Shown here one piece after another: positions 39,381-49,301 of a DNA stretch of 64,000 nucleotides. The DNA comes from Cytophagaceae bacterium (GTDB lineage: Bacteria; Bacteroidota; Bacteroidia; Cytophagales; UBA9547), in the NCBI GenBank assembly GCA_027488865.1, contig JAIYAU010000036.1:16596-80595 (forward strand), in the 5' to 3' direction. Made by a program: the position numbers and the translations under genes. The notes below the pieces were generated by a model, which did not search any database, had not been told where the DNA came from, and saw only the letters and a program-made list of their open reading frames with translations. Each line of letters starts with the position of its first letter. Position 1 is the stretch's first letter.

Positions 39381-40328
39381 TTAAAACTTTTGCTCAAAAT
39401 TTATATCAATCATACATTTAAAATGTGTTTTAGGGCATTTGTTAAACCCTATTTTGGAGCAGGGTCTACAACCTATATTGACATTTTCTATGTTTTCATA
39501 TTCTGTTTTGTAAGGATACATTCCAAAATCAGGAACTGTATTTCCCCAGATAGCAAAAATCTTCTTCTTGAGTGCAGAGGCAATATGCATCATCCCCGTG
39601 TCATGGCTAATTACAAATGCTGATTTGTTAATAACACTAGCAGATTGATGAATGGAAAGTTTCCCTGTTAAGTTTATTAAGTCGGTTTTAGGACAAAATT
39701 TGATAACATCCTCAGCCGCTTTATAGTCTTCTTTTCCTCCAATTATTACTATAGGTAGTACAATTTTAGCACAGGCTTCTGCGATTTTAAAAGGCGGAAG
39801 CTTCTTTGTAAAATGTTGACCTCCAATAGCAAATACCACATATTTAGAATAGATAGATAATAACGACGACTCAGTAGTTACACTGGGGGCAATAAAAAAG
39901 TCGAGTCCTTGATGGTCATTAAAAACTCCTAACGAAGCAACAGTGGCCATGTATCTATCTACGATGTGAACCTTGGGCAAAAGGTTAATTTTAAAATTTA
40001 CATAAAGCCATTTTTCAATATTTAACTTGTTGTAGCTATAAGATTTTACGCCAAGCTTCCATTTTATTATCTTAGTTCTTACATTGTTATGTAGATCAAT
40101 TACATAATCATACCTTTCTTTTTTAAGTGTATCGATCAGTTTATTTAGGTCATTTTGTAAATAAATGTATTTATCAATGTAATGATTGGTGTTAATAATA
40201 TTTTCAAAAGATTGTTTTGTACAATAGTGCAATACAACTGATGGAAGCTGTTGTTTAAGACAACGTATTACTGGTGTGGTTAACACGATGTCTCCTATTG
40301 ATGAGAAACGAATAATAAGTATTTTCAA
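39381..40328 (-). CDS. Glycosyltransferase family 9 (heptosyltransferase-like)
   Basis: RFSSIGDIVLTTP, IDLH, DTGMMHIA and CRPCSKIG. Confidence 0.92.
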   Translation of the reverse strand: MKILIIRFSSIGDIVLTTPVIRCLKQQLPSVVLHYCTKQSFENIINTNHYIDKYIYLQNDLNKLIDTLKKERYDYVIDLHNNVRTKIIKWKLGVKSYSYNKLNIEKWLYVNFKINLLPKVHIVDRYMATVASLGVFNDHQGLDFFIAPSVTTESSLLSIYSKYVVFAIGGQHFTKKLPPFKIAEACAKIVLPIVIIGGKEDYKAAEDVIKFCPKTDLINLTGKLSIHQSASVINKSAFVISHDTGMMHIASALKKKIFAIWGNTVPDFGMYPYKTEYENIENVNIGCRPCSKIGFNKCPKTHFKCMIDINFEQKF

Positions 40329-40348
40329 GTTTATAGTATTGTATATAA

Positions 40349-41125
40349 CTATTCTTCAACAACTCTAAATTGATTTTCCTTCAAGCCGTTAAAAATTTTG
40401 AATTTGCCAATTCCCCATTTTTGAAGTCTGTATGTTACAGATACTCTTAAAACACCCAAGCCATATTTAACACTACGTTTAAAATTAATACTGCTAGCGT
40501 CTTTAAAATATTTAGTTGGACAAGTAACTTCTCCTATTAAAAAGCCTGCATAGGTAATTTGTCCCAGCATTTCGTTGTCAAATACAAAATCGTCAGAATT
40601 GTTATCTAAAGGCAAATTTTCTAATACTTTTTTGCTAAAGGCACGATATCCTGTGTGATACTCTGCTAGTTTTTGCCTCATCATTACATTTTGAAAAAAG
40701 GTCAGAAATCTATTGGCAATGTATTTGTACATGGGCATCCCGCCGATAAGTGCTCCTTTGCCTAATATTCTTGATCCAAGCATTACATCAAACAAACCCC
40801 GTGCAATAGGATAAATCATTGCTTCTAACAACAACGGAGTATATTGATAATCAGGATGTAACATTACTACTATATCTGCTCCCGATGCTAATGCGCTTTT
40901 GTAACAAGTTTTTTGATTGCCACCATAACCTGTATTTTTTTCATGACGAATGACAGTGTTAATTCCCAAGTTTTTGGCTTTTTCAAAGGTATGGTCTCTG
41001 GAATGATCATCTACCAAAATAACCTCATCTACAATATTAAAAGGAATTTCATTATACGTTTTTTCTAGGGTTATTTCTGCGTTGTAGGCAGGCATTACTA
41101 CCACTATTTTTTTGCCGTCAATCAT
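40349..41125 (-). CDS. Glycosyltransferase family 2
   Basis: VVMPAYNA, LVDD.S.D, GYGGNQK, H.DYQY, GSR and HTGYRA. Confidence 0.93.
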   Translation of the reverse strand: MIDGKKIVVVMPAYNAEITLEKTYNEIPFNIVDEVILVDDHSRDHTFEKAKNLGINTVIRHEKNTGYGGNQKTCYKSALASGADIVVMLHPDYQYTPLLLEAMIYPIARGLFDVMLGSRILGKGALIGGMPMYKYIANRFLTFFQNVMMRQKLAEYHTGYRAFSKKVLENLPLDNNSDDFVFDNEMLGQITYAGFLIGEVTCPTKYFKDASSINFKRSVKYGLGVLRVSVTYRLQKWGIGKFKIFNGLKENQFRVVEE

Positions 41126-41203
41126 TTAATTTATGATAATTTTCGAATAATTATTTTAAAACCCTTTAGAATGTCTTTTTGTAAAGGTTCAATGTAAATA
41201 AGT

Positions 41204-42682
41204 TTAATATGCTTGTGCAAATAATACTCTTTTGGATGATGGTGCCCCTGAATACACACAATTTCCTACTTCTGCCACAGCATCAAGGGGAATACATCTA
41301 ATAGTGGCTTTTGTTAATTCTTTTATCTTGTCTTCGGTTTTGTTGGTACCATCCCAATGCGCTGAAATAAAGCCTCCTTTTTCAGCCAATACTTTTTTGA
41401 AGTCTTCAAAATTGTCAACTTTGGTGATATTAGAATTCCTAAATTCTAAGGCTTTTTGAAATATGTTATTTTGAATATCATTTAAGAGTTGTTCAATATG
41501 TGGTACCACATCTGCTACTGGAAGCGTTTCTTTAGTTTTTGTATCTCTGCGTGCCACTTCAATTGTGCCGTTTTCTAAATCTCTTTGTCCCATGGCAAGT
41601 CTTACAGGTACACCCTTAAGTTCGTATTCTGCAAATTTCCAACCTGGCTTATGCGTATCTCTGTTATCATATTTTACAGAAATGCCCTTTCGTTTTAGTT
41701 CTTCGACAATTTGCTGTACCTTTTCCGAAATTAATTTTAATCCATCATCACCTTTATATATAGGCACAATCACCACTTGTATCGGTGCTAGGACAGGGGG
41801 TAAAACTAAGCCATCATCATCGGAGTGAGCCATGATTAAAGCGCCCATTAATCGTGTTGAAACACCCCAAGAAGTTCCCCAAACGTGTTCAAGTTTGCCT
41901 TCCTTCGATTGATATTTGACATCAAATGCATGTGCAAAATTTTGACCCAAGAAGTGTGATGTCCCCGCTTGAAGGGCCTTGCCGTCTTGCATTAAGGCTT
42001 CAATACAATACGTATCATCAGCACCAGCAAAACGTTCGTTTTCGGTTTTAACACCCTTAACAACTGGCAAAGCCATGTATTGCTCGGCAAAAGTAGCATA
42101 AATGTCAAGCATTTGGGTAGTTTCAAAAAGTGCTTCTTCTTTAGTAGCATGAGCGGTATGCCCTTCTTGCCACAAGAACTCGGCAGTCCTTAAAAACAAT
42201 CTTGTTCTCATTTCCCACCTCACCACGTTGGCCCATTGGTTTATCAAAATTGGTAAATCACGGTAAGATTGAACCCAATTTTTATAAGTCTTCCAAATAA
42301 TGGCTTCCGAAGTAGGTCTTACAATTAGTTCCTCTTCAAGCTTTGCCTCTGGGTCTACAATAAGTTTACCCTTATTATTGGGGTCGGTTTTTAGCCTATA
42401 ATGCGTTACTACTGCACATTCTTTAGCAAAACCTTCTGCGTTTTTTTCTTCTGCTTCAAATAAGCTTTTTGGAACAAATAGTGGAAAATAGGCATTGGTA
42501 TGTCCAGTTTCTTTAAACATTTTGTCCAAAGCTTGTTGCATTTTTTCCCAAATCGAATAGCCATACGGTTTGATAACCATACAACCTCTTACTTCAGAAT
42601 TTTCTGCCAAATCGGCTCTTTTAACTAGTTCATTATACCAACCAGAATAATCTTCTGACCTTTTTGGCAAAGCTTCACTCAT
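41204..42682 (-). CDS. proS: Proline--tRNA ligase (eukaryote/archaea-like type)
   Basis: [39 protein letters not shown] and SWGVSTR; ATG 42682 preferred because TATATTTG (minus, 42704-42711) overlaps the track start. Confidence 0.97.
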   Translation of the reverse strand: MSEALPKRSEDYSGWYNELVKRADLAENSEVRGCMVIKPYGYSIWEKMQQALDKMFKETGHTNAYFPLFVPKSLFEAEEKNAEGFAKECAVVTHYRLKTDPNNKGKLIVDPEAKLEEELIVRPTSEAIIWKTYKNWVQSYRDLPILINQWANVVRWEMRTRLFLRTAEFLWQEGHTAHATKEEALFETTQMLDIYATFAEQYMALPVVKGVKTENERFAGADDTYCIEALMQDGKALQAGTSHFLGQNFAHAFDVKYQSKEGKLEHVWGTSWGVSTRLMGALIMAHSDDDGLVLPPVLAPIQVVIVPIYKGDDGLKLISEKVQQIVEELKRKGISVKYDNRDTHKPGWKFAEYELKGVPVRLAMGQRDLENGTIEVARRDTKTKETLPVADVVPHIEQLLNDIQNNIFQKALEFRNSNITKVDNFEDFKKVLAEKGGFISAHWDGTNKTEDKIKELTKATIRCIPLDAVAEVGNCVYSGAPSSKRVLFAQAY

Positions 42683-43244
42683 AAAAATGTAAAAATTAAG
42701 CTGCAAATATAGGTTTTATGGTTAATACTTAAAACTTCTAGGCCTATTTAAGTGGCAATGGCGGTTTTAAATTGATAATTATTAATATTGTTTGGATGTT
42801 ATAAAGCTAAGGTTTGGAAGAGTAGGATACTAAATAATGGATATTACAAATCCAAATTTTCAATTATTGTTGGGATATTTAAATTTTGGTTCTACCTACT
42901 GATAAACAAACAGGGTCTCTTATAATATACAAATGATTATTTTCAATAAAACTCTTGAGTTCGGTTCTCAAATTTAAAGTCTACTAGTATCCCTCAACTT
43001 ATAAAAATAAAGATAATATCAAAAACACCATTGCGTATTTAATATGTAACTCATTCATCATTATTTGCCACTCTCAGGAAATTTCTAATTTCGCTCAAGT
43101 TGATTGGTCTTTGTTTAAGTTATAGAATTATTTATTAAGTTCATGAAACTCAAACAAACCAAACAAATTTTAAGCTTTGGAGCTTACTTAAGATGTCTCT
43201 TTTTGGACAGCCAAATGAAACTACTAAAATACTTTGTAGGTATG

Positions 43245-43270
43245 GCAACCTTTATGACTTATTTAATATC
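43245..43270 (+). promoter_or_regulatory. Putative ECF sigma promoter, copy 1
   Basis: GCAACC(43245-50)-16 nt-TATC(43267-70), same arrangement as at 48733. Confidence 0.65.
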
Positions 43271-43287
43271 AAAGGAGAAAAATAGTT

Positions 43288-43749
43288 ATGTATAAAAAAT
43301 ATTTGCTTTTAGTCTTTTTATTGCAAGCTTGGTGGGTCCAAGCTCAGACTGATTTTAATGCAACCTTAATTACTAGTTTTTCAAGTTTAGAAAACTCAAA
43401 GATGGTGGTAGAAAATACCCTAGGAGAGGTATTGGTTAACAACTTTACTAATGTAAATGTGTATTTTACAAATGGTAACAATGGTTTTAATTTTGATAAT
43501 GTTTCTTCCGTGGAAGAATATACTGATTTTAAATTGACTGAATATCTCTATCCTAACCCAGCCGTAGATAAGGTATATTTTACTAATACACCCCATATGA
43601 GTTTTGTAACGGACCTGATTGATCCACTTGGAAGAAATTACTATATTCAATTTAACAATGGTGAAGCAATTTTAAATAATTTAGACAAAGGTTTATATCA
43701 AGTTAAAAACCCAATAACTAATAATTTTCATAAACTAATAATTAAATAA
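43288..43749 (+). CDS. Small secreted protein with T9SS type A CTD
   Basis: Signal peptide ending VQA-Q; CTD motifs LYPNPA, D.LG, L.KGLY.VK and KLIIK. Confidence 0.85.
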   Translation: MYKKYLLLVFLLQAWWVQAQTDFNATLITSFSSLENSKMVVENTLGEVLVNNFTNVNVYFTNGNNGFNFDNVSSVEEYTDFKLTEYLYPNPAVDKVYFTNTPHMSFVTDLIDPLGRNYYIQFNNGEAILNNLDKGLYQVKNPITNNFHKLIIK

Positions 43750-43751
43750 AC

Positions 43752-45956
43752 ATGAAATCAATAGGCCTAATAATATTCACGTTATTTGTTAACTTACTTT
43801 TTGCTCAGGTACCAAAAACAATTAGTTATCAAGGACTTGCGAGGGATTCTTCCGGAAATGCTCTGGCAAACAAAACCATTGGAATAAAAATATCAATTTT
43901 AGAAAATGCCTCAAACCAAGTTGTTTATTCGGAACTACAAACGCCTTCTACCAATAAATTTGGGAACTTCTCTTTACAAATTGGAAATGGCACTTCTAAA
44001 ACAGGCATTTTTGGAGAGGTGAATTGGGCAAATGCAAAAAATGTTAAGTTAGAAATAGATCCTAATGGAGGCAGTAATTATGAATTGAATGGAATAAGCC
44101 CCTTGAATAGTGTTCCTTTTGCCCTTTATGCTGAAAAAGTAAATTTAAAACTTGGTAAGGGTTTAGTTTTTAAAGGAGATTCTCTTTTGCTTACAGTTTC
44201 CAGTTCTATCAATCAGTTGTGGGGTGAGAATGTGAATGACAAAAGTATTTATTACAATGATGGGGTAATAATCGGTTCAAATAAGGCATCTAATTCCAAT
44301 TCTTTATTATCCGTGGCAGGAAATAAACCTTATGGAATATTTCCAGATGATCCTAGAGAAATGGTTGTTATCCACAATACTTCAACTGATAATTCGTCAC
44401 TAAGTATGTTAAATTTATATTCAGGAAGTAGTAAAACAAGTGGCAAGCTAACCTTATTACATGCGGGTCCAGAATACACCCTTTCAGGATCTGAGGGATC
44501 TAATCAAAGTATAATTGCTGGATCAGGAACCAACGGATTGGTAATTGCTGCTGATAATACGCCAGGTAAAATTGTTTTTAAAACGGGAGGCCAATTATCA
44601 TCTAATAATAGAGGAGTTATTACAAATACAGGCAATTGGGGGATTGGAACACAAACTCCAACAGCCAAGCTACACACGTTAGGTACAGTTAGGTTTGAAT
44701 CCTTGAATAATATTGATACTTTATCTAGAATTCTAGTGTCTGATATTAATGGAAATATTAGTTACAGAAATGCTTTAACCTTAACCTCCTCTAACAATAC
44801 TTGGAACAATAGCGATAATTTGGTTTATTTAAATAGCTCTAAGAATGTTGCTATAGGTACCAGTTCTCCAAATAATAGCAATGCAGTATTGTCTGTTGAA
44901 AGCAGTAGAGCCTATGGCATATTCCCTAATGATCCAAGAGAAATGGTAAGAATTCATAATACCTCTACAGATAATGCCTCCTTAGCTGGTTTGTCTTTAT
45001 TTGCAGGGAATATTCAAAATGGTGGAATCGCAATCGTACATCATGGATCAACCTATGCCTTAAGTGGAGCCGCTTATCAAAATTTAAGTGCAATTGGTGC
45101 TAGTGGATCAAATGGTTTGTTGTTGCACGCAACTAATACAACTGGTAAAATTGAATTAATGACCGCTGGTCAATCTAGAGGAGTTATTACAAATACAGGC
45201 AATTGGGGGATTGGAACTCAATCTCCAACGGCTAAACTACACACCTTAGGCTCCATTAGGTTTGAATCCTTAAATAACATGGATACTTTATCAAGAGTTC
45301 TTGTGTCTGATATAAATGGAAATATTAGCTATAGAAAGGCTTCAACCTTAACCGCCTCTAACAATACTTGGAACAATATTGGTAATTTGGTTTATTTAAA
45401 TAGCTCTAAAAATGTGGCTATTGGTACCAGTTCTCCCAACAATAGCAATGCAGTATTGTCTGTTGAAAGCAGTAGAGCCTATGGAATATTCCCAAATGAT
45501 CCTAGAGAAATGGTTGTTATCCACAATACTTCAACTGATAATTCATCATTAAGTATGTTAAATTTATACTCAGGAAGTAGTAAGACAAGTGGCAAGCTAA
45601 CTTTATTACATGCGGGTCCAGAATACACCCTTTCAGGATCTGAGGGATCTAATCAAAGTATAATTGCTGGATCAGGAACCAACGGATTGGTAATTGCTGC
45701 TGATAACACGCCAGGTAAAATCGTTTTTAAAACTGGAGGCCAACTATTATCAAATAACAGAGGAGTTATTACAAGTACGGGCAATTGGGGGATTGGAACT
45801 CAATCTCCAACGGCTAAACTACATGTAAGTACGGGTGACGTTTATATCGATGATCCTACCAAAGGAATTGTTATGAAAGCATCAAACGATCAATGCTTTA
45901 GAATAAAAGTGGCGAATGACGGAACCTTAAACTCAACTCTAATCCCTTGTCCATAA
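43752..45956 (+). CDS. Tail-fibre-like repeat surface protein, no T9SS CTD
   Basis: Signal peptide; N-domain QVPKTISYQG.ARD..G...SVPFALYA; three GNWGIGT..PTAKLH and two NVAIGTSSPN motifs; C-terminal GIVMKA...CFRIKV.NDG.L. Confidence 0.75.
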   Translation: MKSIGLIIFTLFVNLLFAQVPKTISYQGLARDSSGNALANKTIGIKISILENASNQVVYSELQTPSTNKFGNFSLQIGNGTSKTGIFGEVNWANAKNVKLEIDPNGGSNYELNGISPLNSVPFALYAEKVNLKLGKGLVFKGDSLLLTVSSSINQLWGENVNDKSIYYNDGVIIGSNKASNSNSLLSVAGNKPYGIFPDDPREMVVIHNTSTDNSSLSMLNLYSGSSKTSGKLTLLHAGPEYTLSGSEGSNQSIIAGSGTNGLVIAADNTPGKIVFKTGGQLSSNNRGVITNTGNWGIGTQTPTAKLHTLGTVRFESLNNIDTLSRILVSDINGNISYRNALTLTSSNNTWNNSDNLVYLNSSKNVAIGTSSPNNSNAVLSVESSRAYGIFPNDPREMVRIHNTSTDNASLAGLSLFAGNIQNGGIAIVHHGSTYALSGAAYQNLSAIGASGSNGLLLHATNTTGKIELMTAGQSRGVITNTGNWGIGTQSPTAKLHTLGSIRFESLNNMDTLSRVLVSDINGNISYRKASTLTASNNTWNNIGNLVYLNSSKNVAIGTSSPNNSNAVLSVESSRAYGIFPNDPREMVVIHNTSTDNSSLSMLNLYSGSSKTSGKLTLLHAGPEYTLSGSEGSNQSIIAGSGTNGLVIAADNTPGKIVFKTGGQLLSNNRGVITSTGNWGIGTQSPTAKLHVSTGDVYIDDPTKGIVMKASNDQCFRIKVANDGTLNSTLIPCP
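44328..45825 (+). repeat. Intragenic A-B-A' module repeats
   Basis: GATCCTAGAGAAATGG at 44349 and 45498 (offset 1149); AGAGGAGTTATTACAA at 44610, 45177 and 45759. Confidence 0.9.
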
Positions 45957-46044
45957 GTAACAAATAAAAATAATTTCAACTTTAATTGGATAGTTCTTTT
46001 TACTTATTTCATATATTCGTGTTCTGTTTTTCTGGGCACGATAT

Positions 46045-46518
46045 ATGAAACTAGTATTAGGCTTTGTACTAATCCACATAAATATTAGTCTTTTTTCTCA
46101 AGTTGTCACCAACCTAAGTTCTGGTCAGATTTTTAATTCTAAGAATGATCTTTTCATTGAAAATTATATTGGAACATTTGCTATCTCTTATTATAGTAAC
46201 ACTATACACAATCTCCAAGAAGGATTGTTCCATTATCCAGTAAGAAAGCTACCTACACCAACAGAACCTAATAATCAAACCCAACTATTCGAGGTTGTTA
46301 CTCCAAACAATGACAATAAAAATGATTTTTTAGTATTTGAAAATCCCAAAAAACTAACGCATAAGCTTGAAATATATAACGCCTTTGGCAACCTTATTTT
46401 CACCTCGGAAGATTATAAAAATAATTGGTGTGGAGAATCAGTAGATGCTGGCCAATATTACTATTTACTTCAATTGCCTGACCAGTCCATTCAAGGAACA
46501 CTGATTTTAGTTAAATGA
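46045..46518 (+). CDS. Small secreted protein with T9SS type B (gliding motility-associated) CTD
   Basis: Signal peptide; VTPNNDNKND, LEIYN.FG..IF...DY.NNW.G, G.YYY and GTL.LVK. Confidence 0.88.
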   Translation: MKLVLGFVLIHINISLFSQVVTNLSSGQIFNSKNDLFIENYIGTFAISYYSNTIHNLQEGLFHYPVRKLPTPTEPNNQTQLFEVVTPNNDNKNDFLVFENPKKLTHKLEIYNAFGNLIFTSEDYKNNWCGESVDAGQYYYLLQLPDQSIQGTLILVK

Positions 46519-47453
46519 GGCTGTTTTTACTAATCATTGTTGGTTGTTTCGGAACAAATACTTTGAAATCTCAAGACTTGTTTCTAAACAATTTATACCA
46601 AGTGAATTACCTCCAGTTAAATCCAGCTTACACTGGCAACCAATCATTAATAAGAATTAATTTATTATTGAATAGGCCTATAACCAACCAAAAAAGCCTT
46701 TATTCACATAATTACGTTTCATTTGATATGCCTATTAATCAAGAAAGGGTGGGTATTGGTGCATATGTTAAACAAGAAAAAATGGCGGGTTATTCTAACA
46801 TCGATGGTTTGGTATCTTATTCGTATAAAATAAAAATAGCAAAAGGACTTTTGGCCTTTGGTTTAAATGCCGGGTTTTCTCAGTTTAAGGTTGACTTCGA
46901 TATGTGGAAAAGAAAAGACCAAGACGATGAGCTGTTGAAAGAAAGGCAAATTCAAACAACAAAACCAAATTTTAATTTTGGATTATTATATAATAAAAAG
47001 AACTTGAATATTGGATTAGGCATCAATCACCTTCAAAATAATTACTTGATATCAAATCGAATTTTTAGAATTAAAAGGATATATAATTTTAATCTGGAGT
47101 ATAAGAGTTCCATTTCGGCACGGTGGAGCTTCAATCAACTCTATTTAATTCGATCCACTCTTTCAACTACAAACTATTTAGTTCAATACACCTTAAGTTA
47201 TTCAAATGAAATTTGGTTAGGGATAGGATATAGAAATAATGGATTTGTTAATTTTTCATGTGGGTTACAACTAAATAAAATTAACCAAGCCTTAGAAAAG
47301 AGTAAATTGTTTTATGCCTATGAGACTAGACTAAATAATTCCCTTTTTGGTGTTAATACACATAACATTGGATTAGAATTTCTTTTTGAAAAACCAAAAA
47401 ATGCCAAAAATGTGCTTAAAAATGGTAAATTAATTTCGCCGACTGATTTGTAA
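46515..47453 (+). CDS. PorP/SprF family T9SS outer membrane protein
   Basis: Signal peptide, QD, LNPAYTG, YSYKI, GIGYR, YAYE and TH; overlaps the stop of the type B CTD gene. Confidence 0.88.
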   Translation: MRLFLLIIVGCFGTNTLKSQDLFLNNLYQVNYLQLNPAYTGNQSLIRINLLLNRPITNQKSLYSHNYVSFDMPINQERVGIGAYVKQEKMAGYSNIDGLVSYSYKIKIAKGLLAFGLNAGFSQFKVDFDMWKRKDQDDELLKERQIQTTKPNFNFGLLYNKKNLNIGLGINHLQNNYLISNRIFRIKRIYNFNLEYKSSISARWSFNQLYLIRSTLSTTNYLVQYTLSYSNEIWLGIGYRNNGFVNFSCGLQLNKINQALEKSKLFYAYETRLNNSLFGVNTHNIGLEFLFEKPKNAKNVLKNGKLISPTDL

Positions 47454-47455
47454 AA

Positions 47456-48730
47456 ATGAATGGTTTTCTTCTTTCGTTGGCAGCAGTAATAATTTTGCTC
47501 TTAAATAGTTGTGTTATGTTTAAACAAAACTACCATAAGGATTTAGGCTTGGCATATTACGAAACAAATCAGCACTTTTTGGCAATTCCTCATTTGAAAA
47601 AAGCCATTAGAAAGGACCCTGCCAATTCACAATTAATAAAAAAGCTCACTCTTTCTTATTATAAGACTAATCGTAATGATGCAGCCTTAAAGGCTTTTTT
47701 ATACCTCGATCAACATAATTTGCTTAATGATACCCTTTCGTGGTACTATATAAAAACTTTAAAAAAGTGTGACAAAAAAAATATTCTAAACCAACTAAAA
47801 GCAAAGCTGAAGGTAAAAAATGAACTTATTGCTGGGTTTATCAAAACCGAACTCGAATTTTATGATTCAACTTTAACCTGGATAGGCAAAAAGCATAATT
47901 ATTTTTTTATTAAATCTAATAATCTAAACACTCCTTTTTCTGAACTTAATCCAAGCTATAGGCATAAAGATCAACTTGTGTTTTTATCTAATCGCGAGTC
48001 TGTTATTATCAAAAAAAAATCAGGAGATACAGGAATGCCTGCTTACAATATTTTTGTTACACGAATTGATAGCATAAAACTTGTAAATTCAAAAAAAGTA
48101 TATTTTGGGGTGAATACGCCTTTCTCCTCACTTATAAATTCGCCTAACCATGAAGGAGCCGCAAGTTTTTCTAGTGACGGCAAATACGTATTCTATTCAA
48201 GATTATCTAAGGACGAAGACAATCAGTATCGTTTTAAGTTATATCAAGCAACTAAAGGAAATGTAGGTTGGGAGAATGAATTGACCTTTAGTTTTAACAA
48301 AAAAAGGTGCTCTTTTATTCAACCATTTATCGATTCAACTGGATTGTTATTTTTTTTCACATCTGATATGGAAGGAGGTTATGGAGGAACAGATATTTAT
48401 GTTTGTATTAAAAAAAATGAATTATGGTCTAATCCCATTAATCTTGGACCTTCCATCAACACTGTACACAATGAAATAAACCCTTACTTCTCTGCTGACA
48501 GTACCTTATATTTTGCTTCAAATAGACCAAATTCAATGGGAGGCTACGACCTTTTTTCTTCGAAAATAAAAGATGACGAATGGGGTACTGCGCAAAATCT
48601 TAAACATCCTTTAAATTCGATTCAAGATGACCTTTCATTTTTAAAAATTTACAATAATATATTGGCCATTGTTAGTAATAGAACAGAAAGCAAAGGGGAA
48701 ACAGATATTTTATTTTTTAGGAATAAATAA
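47456..48730 (+). CDS. TPR + PD40 beta-propeller lipoprotein (PorE/PorW-like, lacks OmpA domain)
   Basis: Lipobox LNSC; N-terminal TPR; PD40 repeats FTSDMEGGYGGTDIY, P.NLGP.INT and LYFASNRP.SMGGYDLF. Confidence 0.82.
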   Translation: MNGFLLSLAAVIILLLNSCVMFKQNYHKDLGLAYYETNQHFLAIPHLKKAIRKDPANSQLIKKLTLSYYKTNRNDAALKAFLYLDQHNLLNDTLSWYYIKTLKKCDKKNILNQLKAKLKVKNELIAGFIKTELEFYDSTLTWIGKKHNYFFIKSNNLNTPFSELNPSYRHKDQLVFLSNRESVIIKKKSGDTGMPAYNIFVTRIDSIKLVNSKKVYFGVNTPFSSLINSPNHEGAASFSSDGKYVFYSRLSKDEDNQYRFKLYQATKGNVGWENELTFSFNKKRCSFIQPFIDSTGLLFFFTSDMEGGYGGTDIYVCIKKNELWSNPINLGPSINTVHNEINPYFSADSTLYFASNRPNSMGGYDLFSSKIKDDEWGTAQNLKHPLNSIQDDLSFLKIYNNILAIVSNRTESKGETDILFFRNK

Positions 48731-48732
48731 AA

Positions 48733-48758
48733 GCAACCTTTTTGTGGTATATTGTATC
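48733..48758 (+). promoter_or_regulatory. Putative ECF sigma promoter, copy 2 (autoregulatory position)
   Basis: GCAACC(48733-38)-16 nt-TATC(48755-58), directly upstream of the ECF sigma gene. Confidence 0.65.
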
Positions 48759-48779
48759 TAAGATTTAAATAACCCTAAA

Positions 48780-49301
48780 ATGACCTTTTTAGAGGCTAAA
48801 AATAAAGAAATTAGTAATAAGGAAATAAAGAAACTGTATTTGGAAATTGCACCAAAATTAAAAGGTGTGGCTTACAGGTATTGTAAAGATGAGTCAAAAG
48901 CGGAGGATTATGTGCACGATGCTTTTATTATTATTATTTCTAAGTTGCATACGTTCAGAGCAGAAAGTAATATTAAAACTTGGGCTACAAGAATTTTAAT
49001 AAATGTAATTCTTGGAGATAAGCAAAAAGCCAAGTTTTTTGATGATATAGATACATTAGAATCGGAATTTGAAGATAACGCAGATTCCACACTAACAATT
49101 ATCGCAAACAATGAAATTCTTTCCTCGGTCATGAAACTTCCTGAAGGAAAACGAATTATATTTAATCTATATGTGGTAGAAGGTTATTCTCATGAAGAAA
49201 TTGCCCAAATGCTAAATATTTCTGAGGGTACCTCAAAGTCACAACTGGCTAAGGCAAAGCAAATTTTACGGTCAATCTATCAAAACAATCGCTATGAATA
49301 A
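48780..49301 (+). CDS. ECF-type RNA polymerase sigma factor
   Basis: Region 2 AED.VHDAF...W..RI.IN; region 4 LP...R.IFNLY.VEGYSHEEIA..L.ISEGTSKSQL. Confidence 0.95.
   Translation: MTFLEAKNKEISNKEIKKLYLEIAPKLKGVAYRYCKDESKAEDYVHDAFIIIISKLHTFRAESNIKTWATRILINVILGDKQKAKFFDDIDTLESEFEDNADSTLTIIANNEILSSVMKLPEGKRIIFNLYVVEGYSHEEIAQMLNISEGTSKSQLAKAKQILRSIYQNNRYE

Noticed and set aside
43752-45956. Tail-fibre-like gene as evidence of a prophage, or its repeats as a DGR template/variable pair
   Set aside because: It has a Sec signal and T9SS neighbours, with no phage structural genes, integrase or reverse transcriptase. Differences between copies are mostly synonymous rather than adenine-specific.
563-49132. 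Short ORFs antisense or out of frame within housekeeping genes (for example 563-772, 7018-7356, 18381-18617, 41565-41828, 48908-49132)
   Set aside because: They are fully nested in well-supported genes and carry no motifs of their own.
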